A stretch of 64,000 bases of DNA from a virus (Duplodnaviria; Heunggongvirae; Uroviricota; Caudoviricetes), in IMG/VR virus record IMGVR_UViG_3300023238_000006, positions 1-64,000 of that record. The stretch is one strand, 5' to 3'. Every line of letters starts with the position of its first letter. The first letter of the stretch is position 1. The position numbers were made by a program, and so were the translations under genes. Shown here piece after piece: positions 46,016 through 55,770 of the stretch. The notes under the pieces were generated by a model that saw nothing but the letters and a program-made list of their open reading frames with translations, was not told the DNA's origin and made no database searches.

Positions 46016-46296
46016 CTAAGACAACTAGAACTAAACAAGTAACTGAGGAGCTATTCACAGCAAACGACGGTACTGAGTTTAACGAGGCTTACCATTGTAA
46101 ACTACACGAGTGGAAATCAACAGCTACTAAGGTGTATACTGTATATGCGAGGGGTAAACGCGCTAACTTTAGTGAAATCTACTCTACTCTAGAGCTAGCA
46201 AAAGAAGCTTTAGCCAGCTCTTCTGCTCACAATATAGTAACTTCATACCTTAACGAACGCTTCTGGCTACGTGAATGGGAAGCATCAAATGGATGA
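46012..46296 (+). CDS. Hypothetical protein (94 aa).
   Basis: ORF track. Confidence 0.45.
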   Translation: MTKTTRTKQVTEELFTANDGTEFNEAYHCKLHEWKSTATKVYTVYARGKRANFSEIYSTLELAKEALASSSAHNIVTSYLNERFWLREWEASNG

Positions 46297-46642
46297 ATTT
46301 CAATACAAGATGAAACTTGCAGAACTTGACAGCCTTACCACTAATAAGAGTAAATCTGAGTTTATCTCAGCCAACAGGGTTAATTGGACTTATGACCTTA
46401 TAACCGCTTATGATATACTACTCATGCAAACCATATCTGATAGTGTACCAATGGCTGGGGCTGTAGGCCAGGCTTCTCTTCGTACCTCTATAAATGAGTA
46501 CATTATTAGGGTAGTAGGTGATCTAGCACCTTTAGAAGGATTACCACACTCACCGCCAACAGCACCTAAAGCATACAATACTTTTATGCAGAGTCCTGGT
46601 ATACCAGCCTATATGAAGCTAGCTATTCTAAAAACTAAGTAA
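46289..46642 (+). CDS. Hypothetical protein (about 117 aa). An ATG start at 46289 is preferred over the track's GTG at 46271.
   Basis: ATGA-type overlap with the upstream stop. Confidence 0.45.
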   Translation: MDEFQYKMKLAELDSLTTNKSKSEFISANRVNWTYDLITAYDILLMQTISDSVPMAGAVGQASLRTSINEYIIRVVGDLAPLEGLPHSPPTAPKAYNTFMQSPGIPAYMKLAILKTK

Positions 46643-46736
46643 CAACTTCTACTACTCCTGCCTGTAGACGTTAGAGCCTTAAACCTCTACCGACTATAAG
46701 GCACTAAGGCTATCCGTAGCCGAACAAGGAGCTGTA

Positions 46737-47690
46737 ATGGCTAAAAACAAACTCACGAAGAAGGTTCTCAATGAAAATTGGGAAGAGATACTACGTCTAA
46801 AAGCCAAGGGTGAATCTACTACAGATATCGCTATGCTATTTGGGGTACCAAGGGGGTCACTGGTTGCCAGGTTGAAGAAGAAAGTAATTTCTAACACACC
46901 TGCTAACCCCACATCACGGACTTTAATCATTGATATAGAGAATGCACCCATGTTAAGTTACCACTGGGGAATTTACCAGCAAGACATAGGCAAACCGATG
47001 CGTGTAGAAGGCAACCGCTCATACATGATGAGCTGTGCAATGGGGTGGTTAGATGAAGACAAGGTACATTACTTTGAAACTCGTACTGAGGATGACTCAA
47101 CACTAACAGCTAAGATACTAGAATTTCTAGACGAAGCTGACTTTGTAATAGGTCACAATGCTAAACGCTTTGATATGAAAAAGATCAATGCCTATGCTAT
47201 CCTTAACAACCTCTCACCTCCTAGCCCCTACAAAGTTATAGACACTATGTTGATGGCTAAGCAGCAGTTCTCATTCGAACGTAACACCCTCGAATACCTC
47301 TCAAACGCACTATGTACTCAGACTAAATCTGCCCATGGAAAGTTCAAAGGCTTTGAACTGTGGAGTGAATGTATGAAAGGCAATGAAGAAGCTTGGGCAG
47401 AGATGAAGCACTACAACATCCAAGATGTTGTTGCTACTAAAGAACTCTACCTGAAGCTACGTCCTTGGGTTAAAGGTCACCCCAATATGGTTGCTAAATC
47501 TGGCTCTGAAAAGAACAGATGTACTACATGTGGCTCATCAGATATTAGTCCTCATGGTTACCATGTGTCTAATTCTGGCAAGTTCCAGCAATACAAGTGT
47601 AATGACTGCGGGGGATTCTCTAAGGCTCGTAAGAACCTTCTACCAAAAGAAGCTAAGGCATCACTGCTAACAGCTATACCTAACGGTTAA
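46737..47690 (+). CDS. Stand-alone DnaQ/DNAP-type 3'-5' exonuclease (317 aa) with an N-terminal HTH-like segment and a C-terminal CxxC...CxxC zinc ribbon.
   Basis: Exo I LIIDIENAP. Exo II VIGHNAKRFDMKKI. Exo III YNIQDVVATKELYLKL. These are close to T7 gp5 motifs and to the 31490 ORF. C-terminal CTTCGSS...CNDCGG. Confidence 0.6.
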   Translation: MAKNKLTKKVLNENWEEILRLKAKGESTTDIAMLFGVPRGSLVARLKKKVISNTPANPTSRTLIIDIENAPMLSYHWGIYQQDIGKPMRVEGNRSYMMSCAMGWLDEDKVHYFETRTEDDSTLTAKILEFLDEADFVIGHNAKRFDMKKINAYAILNNLSPPSPYKVIDTMLMAKQQFSFERNTLEYLSNALCTQTKSAHGKFKGFELWSECMKGNEEAWAEMKHYNIQDVVATKELYLKLRPWVKGHPNMVAKSGSEKNRCTTCGSSDISPHGYHVSNSGKFQQYKCNDCGGFSKARKNLLPKEAKASLLTAIPNG

Positions 47691-47709
47691 CAATTAAAGG
47701 AGCAGTACA

Positions 47710-49110
47710 ATGCTGGAACTATACCGCGAAAGCTTAGCTAAAGATGGCTGCTTCGTACAAGAATACCCTCAAGTGTTTAAGGCAGCAGCAGCAACAATCC
47801 CATCACACATACCATCTAAGATGGCTATACTAATGGCAGCTGCAGAGCTTACAGTATTTGCAGGGCACTTACGTAAACCAATCATGTGGCACGGATCTAA
47901 AATCCCAGTAAATATGATAGCCTTCCTAATAGGAGGGAGTGGCTCAGGTAAGGGGTTGTCAATTAAATGTATCTCCAAGATACTTGAAAATGGTAATACT
48001 CAGATAGATAAAAGCCGTGAGGCTTATGCCAAAGTCCTAGCAGTGGAAGCTGCTGAGGCTGATGGCAAGAAGCCAACTGACTGGCGCAAGTACTACGCTA
48101 AGCCTAAAAGCCTAAAGTCTACTGTATCAACTCTACCAGGTACTATGAAGCATTTAGCCTCCCTTGAAAAAGGTAAGCTAGGTTCTGGCTATATGTATGT
48201 AGATGAGATAGGTAGTGAATTAGTTAGCAACAAAGACTTATCCGAGAATATCATAGCCCTAGCAATAGGGTATGATCTTGGAGAAATAGCCCCTAAACTA
48301 CTTAAGGATGACACCAACCAAGTTGAGGCCATCCACAACCTGCCTTACTCAGCACTGATGTTTGGCTCACCAGCTAACATCATCTACGACGAGGTAGTAA
48401 AGAAGAAGTTCAAGGACGAGTTCTCTACTAAACTATCCAGAAGGGTTCACTTCGCTTTCATCACTGAGAAAGAAGAGAAGCCTGTATTTGATTCTATAGC
48501 GGAGTCTAGACTCCATGCTAAAACTGAACGCGATAGAGTAGCTGAAGCCACTGCTGGCCTTGCACCTTGGTTCACTTCACTAGTCACAACAACAACTCAC
48601 ATACCACTAGCGGTTACAGAAGAGGTTGAAGACTTATTTAGTGATTACCAGGGGTACAATGACTGGTATGCTGAAACTATCTCTAAACAGTACCCTATGA
48701 CAATCCTGCATAGACTCCACCTACAATGGAAGAGTCTAAAGATAGCAGGGGCTCTAGCTATACTTAGCGGAGATACTGTGATAACTAAACAACATATGGT
48801 AGAAGCTATACGCTTCTCTGAGATATTTGCTAATGACCTTATGGCCTTTGAAACAGAACTCAGTAAAGAACCATATGAGTTATTAGTATCGTATATGCAT
48901 AGTATTGCGGTAGGAGGGACAGCTACCGTAAGTATACACCAACTACGTAAACTAGGCTTTATAACTGGACAAGGTTCCGACCGTAAAGCTATAGAGCTTG
49001 TGGACTTGGCTAACAACCTTGATACCAGCAAATACGAAGTTATAGGTAAATATATCCATTTCTTTCAAGATGTTGGAGACACAAGTTACGACCGTGATAC
49101 TTTAGCTTAG
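47710..49110 (+). CDS. P-loop NTPase (466 aa), possibly a replicative helicase or primase-associated ATPase.
   Basis: Walker A FLIGGSGSGKGLS. Walker B-like GYMYVDEIG. The family is not resolvable by eye. Confidence 0.45.
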   Translation: MLELYRESLAKDGCFVQEYPQVFKAAAATIPSHIPSKMAILMAAAELTVFAGHLRKPIMWHGSKIPVNMIAFLIGGSGSGKGLSIKCISKILENGNTQIDKSREAYAKVLAVEAAEADGKKPTDWRKYYAKPKSLKSTVSTLPGTMKHLASLEKGKLGSGYMYVDEIGSELVSNKDLSENIIALAIGYDLGEIAPKLLKDDTNQVEAIHNLPYSALMFGSPANIIYDEVVKKKFKDEFSTKLSRRVHFAFITEKEEKPVFDSIAESRLHAKTERDRVAEATAGLAPWFTSLVTTTTHIPLAVTEEVEDLFSDYQGYNDWYAETISKQYPMTILHRLHLQWKSLKIAGALAILSGDTVITKQHMVEAIRFSEIFANDLMAFETELSKEPYELLVSYMHSIAVGGTATVSIHQLRKLGFITGQGSDRKAIELVDLANNLDTSKYEVIGKYIHFFQDVGDTSYDRDTLA

Positions 49111-49199
49111 TTTTAGGTAACTATAGTATAATTGTACTAATTTAACTAAGGAACCTTATGAGGACTAAAGAAGCTAGATCAATTGTGTTTATAGGTAAA

Positions 49200-49445
49200 G
49201 CCAGTACATAATGGCAAGTACAACTACATAAATGTAGTGTACCTAAACAACAGTACAAAAGTTGAAATTATATGTCCTATTCATGGTGTGTTTTGACAAA
49301 GACCTCAAGACCACGTAAAAGAAAGAGGCTGTAGTGTATGTGGCGGTACAGAATTCAGAATTATGACTACTGAAGATATTAATACTGCTTGCAGTATAGC
49401 CTATTCAATGGCGTATGCTGTTGAGGACAACGAACGAGAAGAGTT
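49200..49445 (+). pseudogene. Decayed remnant of the zinc-ribbon-repeat endonuclease family. ICPIHGVF*QRPQDHVKERGCSVCGG is interrupted by an in-frame TGA.
   Basis: Manual translation of an intergenic AT-rich segment. The repeat signature HG-F-Q-P--H---GC--CG is retained with a stop inside. Confidence 0.5.
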
Positions 49446-49531
49446 AGCATAAGCTAGCTCTACCCATCTGATACTATAATAGACTTAACTATTATTAATC
49501 CCATTATATTATCTAAGCCAAGGAGGCAATC

Positions 49532-50437
49532 ATGCTACACGGTGTTTCACTCAAACATGTTTCTAATATTGCTATCCAAGAGGCTATAGCTGCAAAAGCT
49601 CATCCAGATGTTATCACTCGCCTTAAGGCCAATGTAGCGTACTCCTGTGTTGTGGGGTTTGAATATCACGAAGTGTCCTTTGAAGACTTAGCAAACCTTT
49701 TATCCCACGATATAGGGTTCAACAACTTTAAATTCAAGGACTTCACAACAGCTACCTACGACAAAATAAAACACCCGGAAGCTTACGGTAGAATACGAGG
49801 AGCTAATAACATAGAATCTGGCTGTAGCTGGGTATGGTTTGACATAGACGTAACTACAATCTCAGACACTGAGATGCACGATATACTATCTAAGTTCAAC
49901 CACCACATAGCTAGAACCTCTGACCCATCTAAAGCCTATAAATATCGAATACTTATAGAGCTGTCAACACCTATAGAAATTCTAAGAGACGAGTGGAAAC
50001 CTTTCATACAGTCAATAGCTAATATGTTAGGACTAGGTAAGGTTGACAAACTGCCACTCTCACAAGTGATCTTCGGGTACTTAGGCAGACCAGTACTATC
50101 CCAGCTAAACGGGGAGAAACTTAACCCCGCCTCTCACCTCGCTATAGCTCGTGCTGAAGTGGCTAAACGTGCAGAAGAGGAACTACTATGGGACTACGAT
50201 AAAGATGCCGCTACGGCAGCCCTAGCTACCCCCTACTCGACGTTTGAGTATGCATACAATGCTCAAGTTGGTGACAGATGGAAGACATCTATGGCAGCCA
50301 TATCACACGCTAAGAAGCTAGGTGCTAGTAAAGCATACATCCAAGATTTGATGTATGCAATCAATGACTTCTTAGATGTCCCTAAGGCAAAAAGTATTGT
50401 AAGAACATCACTATTCTCAGCAATAGAAGGAAATTAA
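49532..50437 (+). CDS. Hypothetical protein (301 aa), possibly a primase of the primase-polymerase type.
   Basis: WFDIDV (hhhDhD-like) and a downstream HHIARTS...KAYKYRILIEL. Weak. RBS aaggaggcaatcATG. Confidence 0.35.
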   Translation: MLHGVSLKHVSNIAIQEAIAAKAHPDVITRLKANVAYSCVVGFEYHEVSFEDLANLLSHDIGFNNFKFKDFTTATYDKIKHPEAYGRIRGANNIESGCSWVWFDIDVTTISDTEMHDILSKFNHHIARTSDPSKAYKYRILIELSTPIEILRDEWKPFIQSIANMLGLGKVDKLPLSQVIFGYLGRPVLSQLNGEKLNPASHLAIARAEVAKRAEEELLWDYDKDAATAALATPYSTFEYAYNAQVGDRWKTSMAAISHAKKLGASKAYIQDLMYAINDFLDVPKAKSIVRTSLFSAIEGN

Positions 50438-50659
50438 ATGAAACCAGTAACACTAAAAGCAATTGACTGCTATATGTCAGACCCGGGTGAGTACACACTA
50501 CTACTAACACCTACTCAAGTAGAGGATGCTATAGACTCTTTAGAAGATCTATATGTATCTATACGTAACAAGGACCTAGTCCCTTACCGCATCAAGTTTC
50601 ACGATGAGGAAGGCTATATGGGCTCAGACATTCAAATTATAGCAAAGTATAAGCTATGA
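50438..50659 (+). CDS. Hypothetical small protein (73 aa).
   Basis: ORF track. Confidence 0.4.
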   Translation: MKPVTLKAIDCYMSDPGEYTLLLTPTQVEDAIDSLEDLYVSIRNKDLVPYRIKFHDEEGYMGSDIQIIAKYKL

Positions 50660-50856
50660 AGTTTGAAGTAGGAGATATCGTAATAGGGATGGCTAAGTCC
50701 ATCCATGCAGGGCATAAAGGAACAGTAGTAGCTGACTACGGCAACTACTTAATGATCCTCGCTGAGGATCAGAAGTACACTAACGCCCATAAGAATAGTG
50801 CGTTTGAAGGCAAAGTCTTTCAAGTAGATAGCTTGTTATGTAAGAAGGTAAAGTAA
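50656..50856 (+). CDS. Hypothetical small protein (66 aa).
   Basis: ORF track. Confidence 0.4.
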   Translation: MKFEVGDIVIGMAKSIHAGHKGTVVADYGNYLMILAEDQKYTNAHKNSAFEGKVFQVDSLLCKKVK

Positions 50857-50927
50857 TGGTTAAAGCATTAAAGCTTAATTTAAGGTAGGCCTACTATAAT
50901 TTTAATAATAAAATTATAAGGTATTTA

Positions 50928-51176
50928 ATGCAATTACATAAATTAGCCCCAGGTAAATCAAAGTCAACATTCAAAACACTAGAGGCAGAGCTCCACAAGG
51001 TACACGGTAACAAGTACTCTTACTTCTTTGCAGAATACTTAACACCTAAAGGGCAAGCTAAGTACTATAGTGATGATATACTAATAGGAGGAAACTCTGA
51101 ATTATTTAAAACTAATATACTAAAGGATTACGATGATAAAATTGAGCAATACCTCCAAGATGAAAGTAACAGGTAA
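50928..51176 (+). CDS. Hypothetical small protein (82 aa).
   Basis: ORF track. Confidence 0.4.
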   Translation: MQLHKLAPGKSKSTFKTLEAELHKVHGNKYSYFFAEYLTPKGQAKYYSDDILIGGNSELFKTNILKDYDDKIEQYLQDESNR

Positions 51177-51747
51177 AAAAGTCCGTTCATGGAGCTTAGA
51201 AGCAGGAGTAACCTGCCCTATGTCAAAAGATGTAGAGGTGTGTAAAGGGTGCTATGCCTTAAAAGGTATGTATCGGTTTCCTGTAGTTAAGGCTGTAAGG
51301 CAACATAACAGAGAAGACTACAGAACCGCCGACTGGGTTACTAGGATGGTAGCTGAGTGTACTAAACTAGATATGGTACGACTGTTTGACTCCGGAGACT
51401 GTGAGACTGTAGAATTGGCTGAGAAGCTAGAGCAGGTCATAACAGCCTCACCAAAAGTAATTTGGTGGTTCCCTTCAAGAATGGACAAGTCTAAGAATGT
51501 AGGTAAAGTACTTAAACGCATAGCAGCTCTTCCTAACGTAGCTATGAGGCTCTCAGCAGACAACATTGGATTCAAGAAGGAACGAGCAGGAGTTAACTCC
51601 TATGTAATACGGCCCTCAGACATCCCAGAAGCTCAGGCTAAAGGTATCCACCTTTGCCCAGTAACTCTGCCAGGAAGTACTCAGAAGTCTTGTGACAGCT
51701 GTACTGCCTGCTACACAGATACTCCTGTAGCCTACATGGTCCACTAG
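51133..51747 (+). CDS. Cys-rich hypothetical protein (204 aa).
   Basis: ORF track. CPMSKDVEVCKGCY...C...CDSCTAC. Confidence 0.45.
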   Translation: MIKLSNTSKMKVTGKKVRSWSLEAGVTCPMSKDVEVCKGCYALKGMYRFPVVKAVRQHNREDYRTADWVTRMVAECTKLDMVRLFDSGDCETVELAEKLEQVITASPKVIWWFPSRMDKSKNVGKVLKRIAALPNVAMRLSADNIGFKKERAGVNSYVIRPSDIPEAQAKGIHLCPVTLPGSTQKSCDSCTACYTDTPVAYMVH

Positions 51748-51754
51748 GATTGCC

Positions 51755-52405
51755 ATGGGACTAAAACCGCTAAACCAAGCAGACTACATACTAACTATAA
51801 TAAAAGACCTAGGATCTATCCATATAAACGATAGCAAAGGTAAACGTCGTTCAGCACTTTTCAATTGTAAAGTCTGCAACACAGATATTAAGTTAGCAGT
51901 AATTGATGCTAAGAAAGCTACATGTGTAAACTGTCACACCATAGCCAAAGCTAAAGAGGATGAAGCCTATAAGGACTCATCCCTTACCTACGTCTCTGGT
52001 GTTTACTATACACAAAGCTATAAAAACAAAAAGCCTAGGACATTCCTAGTCTCTATGAATGAACTACGATCAGCCCACTACTTTATGCAAAACAACATAA
52101 AGCGTTGGTTCACTGATTACTTCATGGGTATATTCCTAGCAACCCCTCCAGTACCTATAGTAGGACCTTACGAGGTAGCTTATGTATACCACTACAAGAA
52201 TGAAGCTAGTGACCTGGGTAATGTATGTAGCCTCACAGATAAATACTTCTGTGATGCTATACAACTAGCCGGGATAGTACCTGAGGATAATGTTAACTTC
52301 TGTAAGAAGATAACATTTCTAGTAGGTGAGAAAGATGTACTACACCCTAGGGTAGAAGTGCATTTGAGGCCTTATAAGGGCGAAACAAAGGACAACAATG
52401 ATTGA
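51755..52405 (+). CDS. rusA: RusA-like Holliday-junction resolvase with an N-terminal zinc-ribbon extension (216 aa).
   Basis: DLGNVCSLTDKYFCDAIQLAGIVPEDN matches the RusA core DLDNLxKxxLDALTGAGVWxDD. N-terminal CKVCN...CVNCH. Confidence 0.6.
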   Translation: MGLKPLNQADYILTIIKDLGSIHINDSKGKRRSALFNCKVCNTDIKLAVIDAKKATCVNCHTIAKAKEDEAYKDSSLTYVSGVYYTQSYKNKKPRTFLVSMNELRSAHYFMQNNIKRWFTDYFMGIFLATPPVPIVGPYEVAYVYHYKNEASDLGNVCSLTDKYFCDAIQLAGIVPEDNVNFCKKITFLVGEKDVLHPRVEVHLRPYKGETKDNND

Positions 52406-52571
52406 CAGAGAAGCATTAAAGATATCTATAGCAGATACTTTGATTAATAGTTATGAGTACTCAGAGGCTGAAGATATGCTGTTCACTGAGGAAATACTTG
52501 ATGAAGTACTATACCAAATGCACGAAGCTATAGATGAAGAAATAAGCTACGCAATTGAGAGAAGAACATAA
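52398..52571 (+). CDS. Small acidic protein (57 aa).
   Basis: Manual translation. ATGATTGA overlap with the rusA stop. Confidence 0.35.
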   Translation: MIDREALKISIADTLINSYEYSEAEDMLFTEEILDEVLYQMHEAIDEEISYAIERRT

Positions 52572-52646
52572 TGAATAACTTACTAGCACTTTATGAATAC
52601 ATAAAGCTAAAAATAGAGGTAACACTCTACAACATATTTCAAGACG

Positions 52647-53732
52647 ATGGGGGGAGATGTTATGGAGAATTTGAAGATAAACTCTGAGTACCTATTAAAC
52701 TTTCTACACCTCCATTACCAAGAAGTATATGATGCACTGGGAACTACTGAGCATGGGTATTTAGGCAAAGAGCCTAACTCCCACCACTTAGAAGGAACAA
52801 TCCTAACCCATACTAAAATGGTTATGGAAGTTGCTGAAACTACTTACCCTGGTAACATAAATATCCTAGTGACAGCAATGTTACATGATATAGGCAAACC
52901 TTATGTATATGAAGACATCGAGAAGTCTCACCGCAGACGCTTTGCATGTCATGAAGCGCTCAGCACATTTATGGCTAAGCCTATACTACAATATCTAGCT
53001 AACGTTATAGATATTGACCAAGAGTTAATACTAAAGGTAATAGCTCTTCATGGAAGTCTTTACAACTACTTTGAAGATAGCAGGATACCTGCTAATAATC
53101 ATCAGAAGATTGCTGATAAGTTTGGTAATGATCTAACTCTTTTAGAAGCAGTTGCTAACTTTTACTACTGTGACCACACAGGCCGTACTCAAGAGAGCCC
53201 TGGAGACATATCCGGTATCATGAAGGACTTTAAAGCTATAGCTACTTTATTAGTAGAGCCTAACGAACCTATATCTCCAGCTATTACAGTCCTCGTAGGG
53301 CCTCCTAGAGTCGGTAAAAGCACTTGGGTAACCAATCATGCCTTTGATACTACGATTGTCTCTAGAGACGCTCTGGTGGACTCTCACGGGGTAGGTTCTA
53401 CCTACTCTGAAAGATGGAAGTCTTTAAGAAGGGATACTCAAACGTTAATAGACAAAGAGCTGCTAAGCATATTCAACTCGGCTATTAAGGCCAAGAGGGA
53501 TGTAGTAGTAGATATGACTAACATGAGTAAAAAGAGCCGTAAAAAGTGGCTAACAAATGCTAGGGGCTATTACAAGAAAGCTATAGTTTTCATAGAGCCT
53601 AGGGAAGTGTTACTCGCTAGGAACACTCCTGATAAGTACATACCTGAGTACGTAATAGACAACATGATTAAAAGCTTTGTAATGCCTATGTACGACGAAG
53701 TGGACTACATAGAATTATATAAAGGACGGTAA
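52647..53732 (+). CDS. HD-Pnk-type RNA/DNA end-healing enzyme (361 aa) with an N-terminal HD phosphoesterase and a C-terminal P-loop 5'-OH polynucleotide kinase. An alternative start at 52662 has a better SD.
   Basis: HD signature NSHHLEG...LHDIGK. Walker A VLVGPPRVGKST. Adjacent to an Rnl1-type RNA ligase. Confidence 0.65.
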   Translation: MGGDVMENLKINSEYLLNFLHLHYQEVYDALGTTEHGYLGKEPNSHHLEGTILTHTKMVMEVAETTYPGNINILVTAMLHDIGKPYVYEDIEKSHRRRFACHEALSTFMAKPILQYLANVIDIDQELILKVIALHGSLYNYFEDSRIPANNHQKIADKFGNDLTLLEAVANFYYCDHTGRTQESPGDISGIMKDFKAIATLLVEPNEPISPAITVLVGPPRVGKSTWVTNHAFDTTIVSRDALVDSHGVGSTYSERWKSLRRDTQTLIDKELLSIFNSAIKAKRDVVVDMTNMSKKSRKKWLTNARGYYKKAIVFIEPREVLLARNTPDKYIPEYVIDNMIKSFVMPMYDEVDYIELYKGR

Positions 53733-54913
53733 TGAAATTTGACTTACTAACAAGAGATGAGTGCCAAGCAATAACTAAATCATCAGAAGCTTTCTTCTGT
53801 ATGACTAAGCATATTGAAGGACAAGTAGTTGAGCTATACGATTATCGTCTAGCCTCAATCAGTGACTTTGTTGACAACAAGGCCTTTGAACTAAGAGGCT
53901 TATGCTTTGTGCAAGACCCTGCTACTTTAGAATGGACTCGTAACTTACTACTTAATAAGTTCTTCAACATCAACCAAACTATTGGCTGGATGTATGAGGA
54001 GGTTAAGGGTAAGAAAGTTACTAGAGTTCAGAATAAAGAGGATGGATCTGTGGTGTCATTCGTAAAGTTTAAGAATGGTAACATTCGTGCTAAGTCTAAA
54101 ATGTCATTTGAATCTGATCAGGCTGTAATGGCTCAAGAAGTTTATACTACCAACTGTACCATACGTATGATTGTGGGTAGAGGACTAAGAACAGGGTTCA
54201 CTCCCATCTTTGAGCTAGTATCACCAGATAACCAGATTGTTCTTGAATATCAAGACACGGAATTAGTGTTGTTACAAATTAGAAATAACGAAACAGGTGA
54301 GTACCTAAACCCCAAGTTTTTATTTAGTGAAATAGAGTACTATGCTATTAAAACTACGCAGAATTTTCGGATAGAACATCCGCAGGTTGTATTAGACGTC
54401 TTACTAGATGCTAAAACATCCAACCAAGAACCTATAGAAGGCTGGGTAGTAACATTCGAAGATGGTCAAATGGCTAAGATCAAAACTGACCACTACTTAT
54501 CCCTCCACGGACTTATAGGTCCTGATGCCTTTAGAGAAAACTTGCTAGTTAAAACAATCCTAGATGGCAACATTGACGATGTAATATCAGCACTAGTACC
54601 CGGTATCAAACGTGATAAGCTTATAGAGATGAGCAACTTAGTAGAAGCCAACTTCAACCACTTAGTTGTTGAATTCAAAGAGCTACGTCGTAAATACTTT
54701 CAAGACTTCAAAGAAGATCGTAAAAGCTTTGCTATTGCACACAGGACTAAAGTAGCATTCGGTGGTGTGATGAAGACTATTAATAGCTCATTTAGAGATG
54801 TGGAGCAAGTAGCTGAGGAACAAGTGTCTCACTATATCCTTAAGCAATGTAAATCACTTGGTGATGCACAGAACTACCTTAACAAACTAAAGGAATCCAA
54901 TAATGGAATTTAA
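53732..54913 (+). CDS. rnlA: RNA ligase 1 (T4 Rnl1/gp63-like, 393 aa).
   Basis: FELRGLCFV matches T4 LECRGIMFE. KEDGSVVSF has the catalytic Lys as in TKEDGSLVS. LLQIRNNETGEYL matches LLNVRENETGEYI. EGWVVTFEDGQMAKIKTDHYLSLHG matches [25 protein letters not shown]. Confidence 0.8.
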   Translation: MKFDLLTRDECQAITKSSEAFFCMTKHIEGQVVELYDYRLASISDFVDNKAFELRGLCFVQDPATLEWTRNLLLNKFFNINQTIGWMYEEVKGKKVTRVQNKEDGSVVSFVKFKNGNIRAKSKMSFESDQAVMAQEVYTTNCTIRMIVGRGLRTGFTPIFELVSPDNQIVLEYQDTELVLLQIRNNETGEYLNPKFLFSEIEYYAIKTTQNFRIEHPQVVLDVLLDAKTSNQEPIEGWVVTFEDGQMAKIKTDHYLSLHGLIGPDAFRENLLVKTILDGNIDDVISALVPGIKRDKLIEMSNLVEANFNHLVVEFKELRRKYFQDFKEDRKSFAIAHRTKVAFGGVMKTINSSFRDVEQVAEEQVSHYILKQCKSLGDAQNYLNKLKESNNGI

Positions 54914-55724
54914 TTACGAAGCTATGCTTCAATACAACGACGGAATGGCTACATTGCCAGAAGGTGCTTTCAAGATATCCCCTAGTGGGGTCGAGAAGTT
55001 CTTCTCTGACAAAACCACTTGGTATCGTGAGAACCTAATGGGAGCTGATAAGAAGTTCACTGGCTCAACATCAACAGTACTAGGTACTTGTGTACATTTA
55101 TGTGCAGAAGTAGTGGCTAACTCTATTATGGCTAAGGAGGATCACGATAGTGATGCCTTAGCAGCAGCTATAGAAGCTCACATAGACACCTACGAAGGTA
55201 ACGAAGAGTATGATACTGGTAAGATTAGAGGGCTATGGCGTACTATGTCTACTCCTCTAATCCAGGACTATGTGTTGCAGGCTAACACTATTGCAACTGA
55301 AGACTTCATCTCTCATGAGCTACTGCCAGGTATATTCGTAGCTGGAAGCTACGATGCTATTACGTCATCGGCCCCAGGTGATGACTTAATGAATCCTGTT
55401 GGGCAGTTAACTGTAAGGGATTACAAGACTGCTAGCACTAAGCCAGCAAGCTTTAGTTGGGCGTACACACTACAAGCCTACACGTATGCTTATATACTAC
55501 ATCAAAAAGGTATTAAAGTATCGCAAGTAGAACTCTGTTATGCGGTTCAACCAACCAAGACGTTACCTGTCCGCACATTTAGCTTTGTAAAGCCTTTTGA
55601 TGATTCTGCTTATACTATGATAGAAGGTATCCTGCTACTAGTTGCAGACTCTGTGCAGGCCTGGAAAGAATGGCCACAAGGGAGATACCTTTTGGCAAAT
55701 GACTACAGGCTTAAGATTACTTAA
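54903..55724 (+). CDS. PD-(D/E)xK-family nuclease (273 aa), a putative recombination or repair exonuclease.
   Basis: AGSYDAI ... LTVRDYKT is a D...(D/E)xK arrangement. Context only for function. Confidence 0.4.
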   Translation: MEFNYEAMLQYNDGMATLPEGAFKISPSGVEKFFSDKTTWYRENLMGADKKFTGSTSTVLGTCVHLCAEVVANSIMAKEDHDSDALAAAIEAHIDTYEGNEEYDTGKIRGLWRTMSTPLIQDYVLQANTIATEDFISHELLPGIFVAGSYDAITSSAPGDDLMNPVGQLTVRDYKTASTKPASFSWAYTLQAYTYAYILHQKGIKVSQVELCYAVQPTKTLPVRTFSFVKPFDDSAYTMIEGILLLVADSVQAWKEWPQGRYLLANDYRLKIT

Positions 55725-55770
55725 AGGTGTTTGTAGCCATAATACACTTAGATTTAAATAGGAGTTTATA

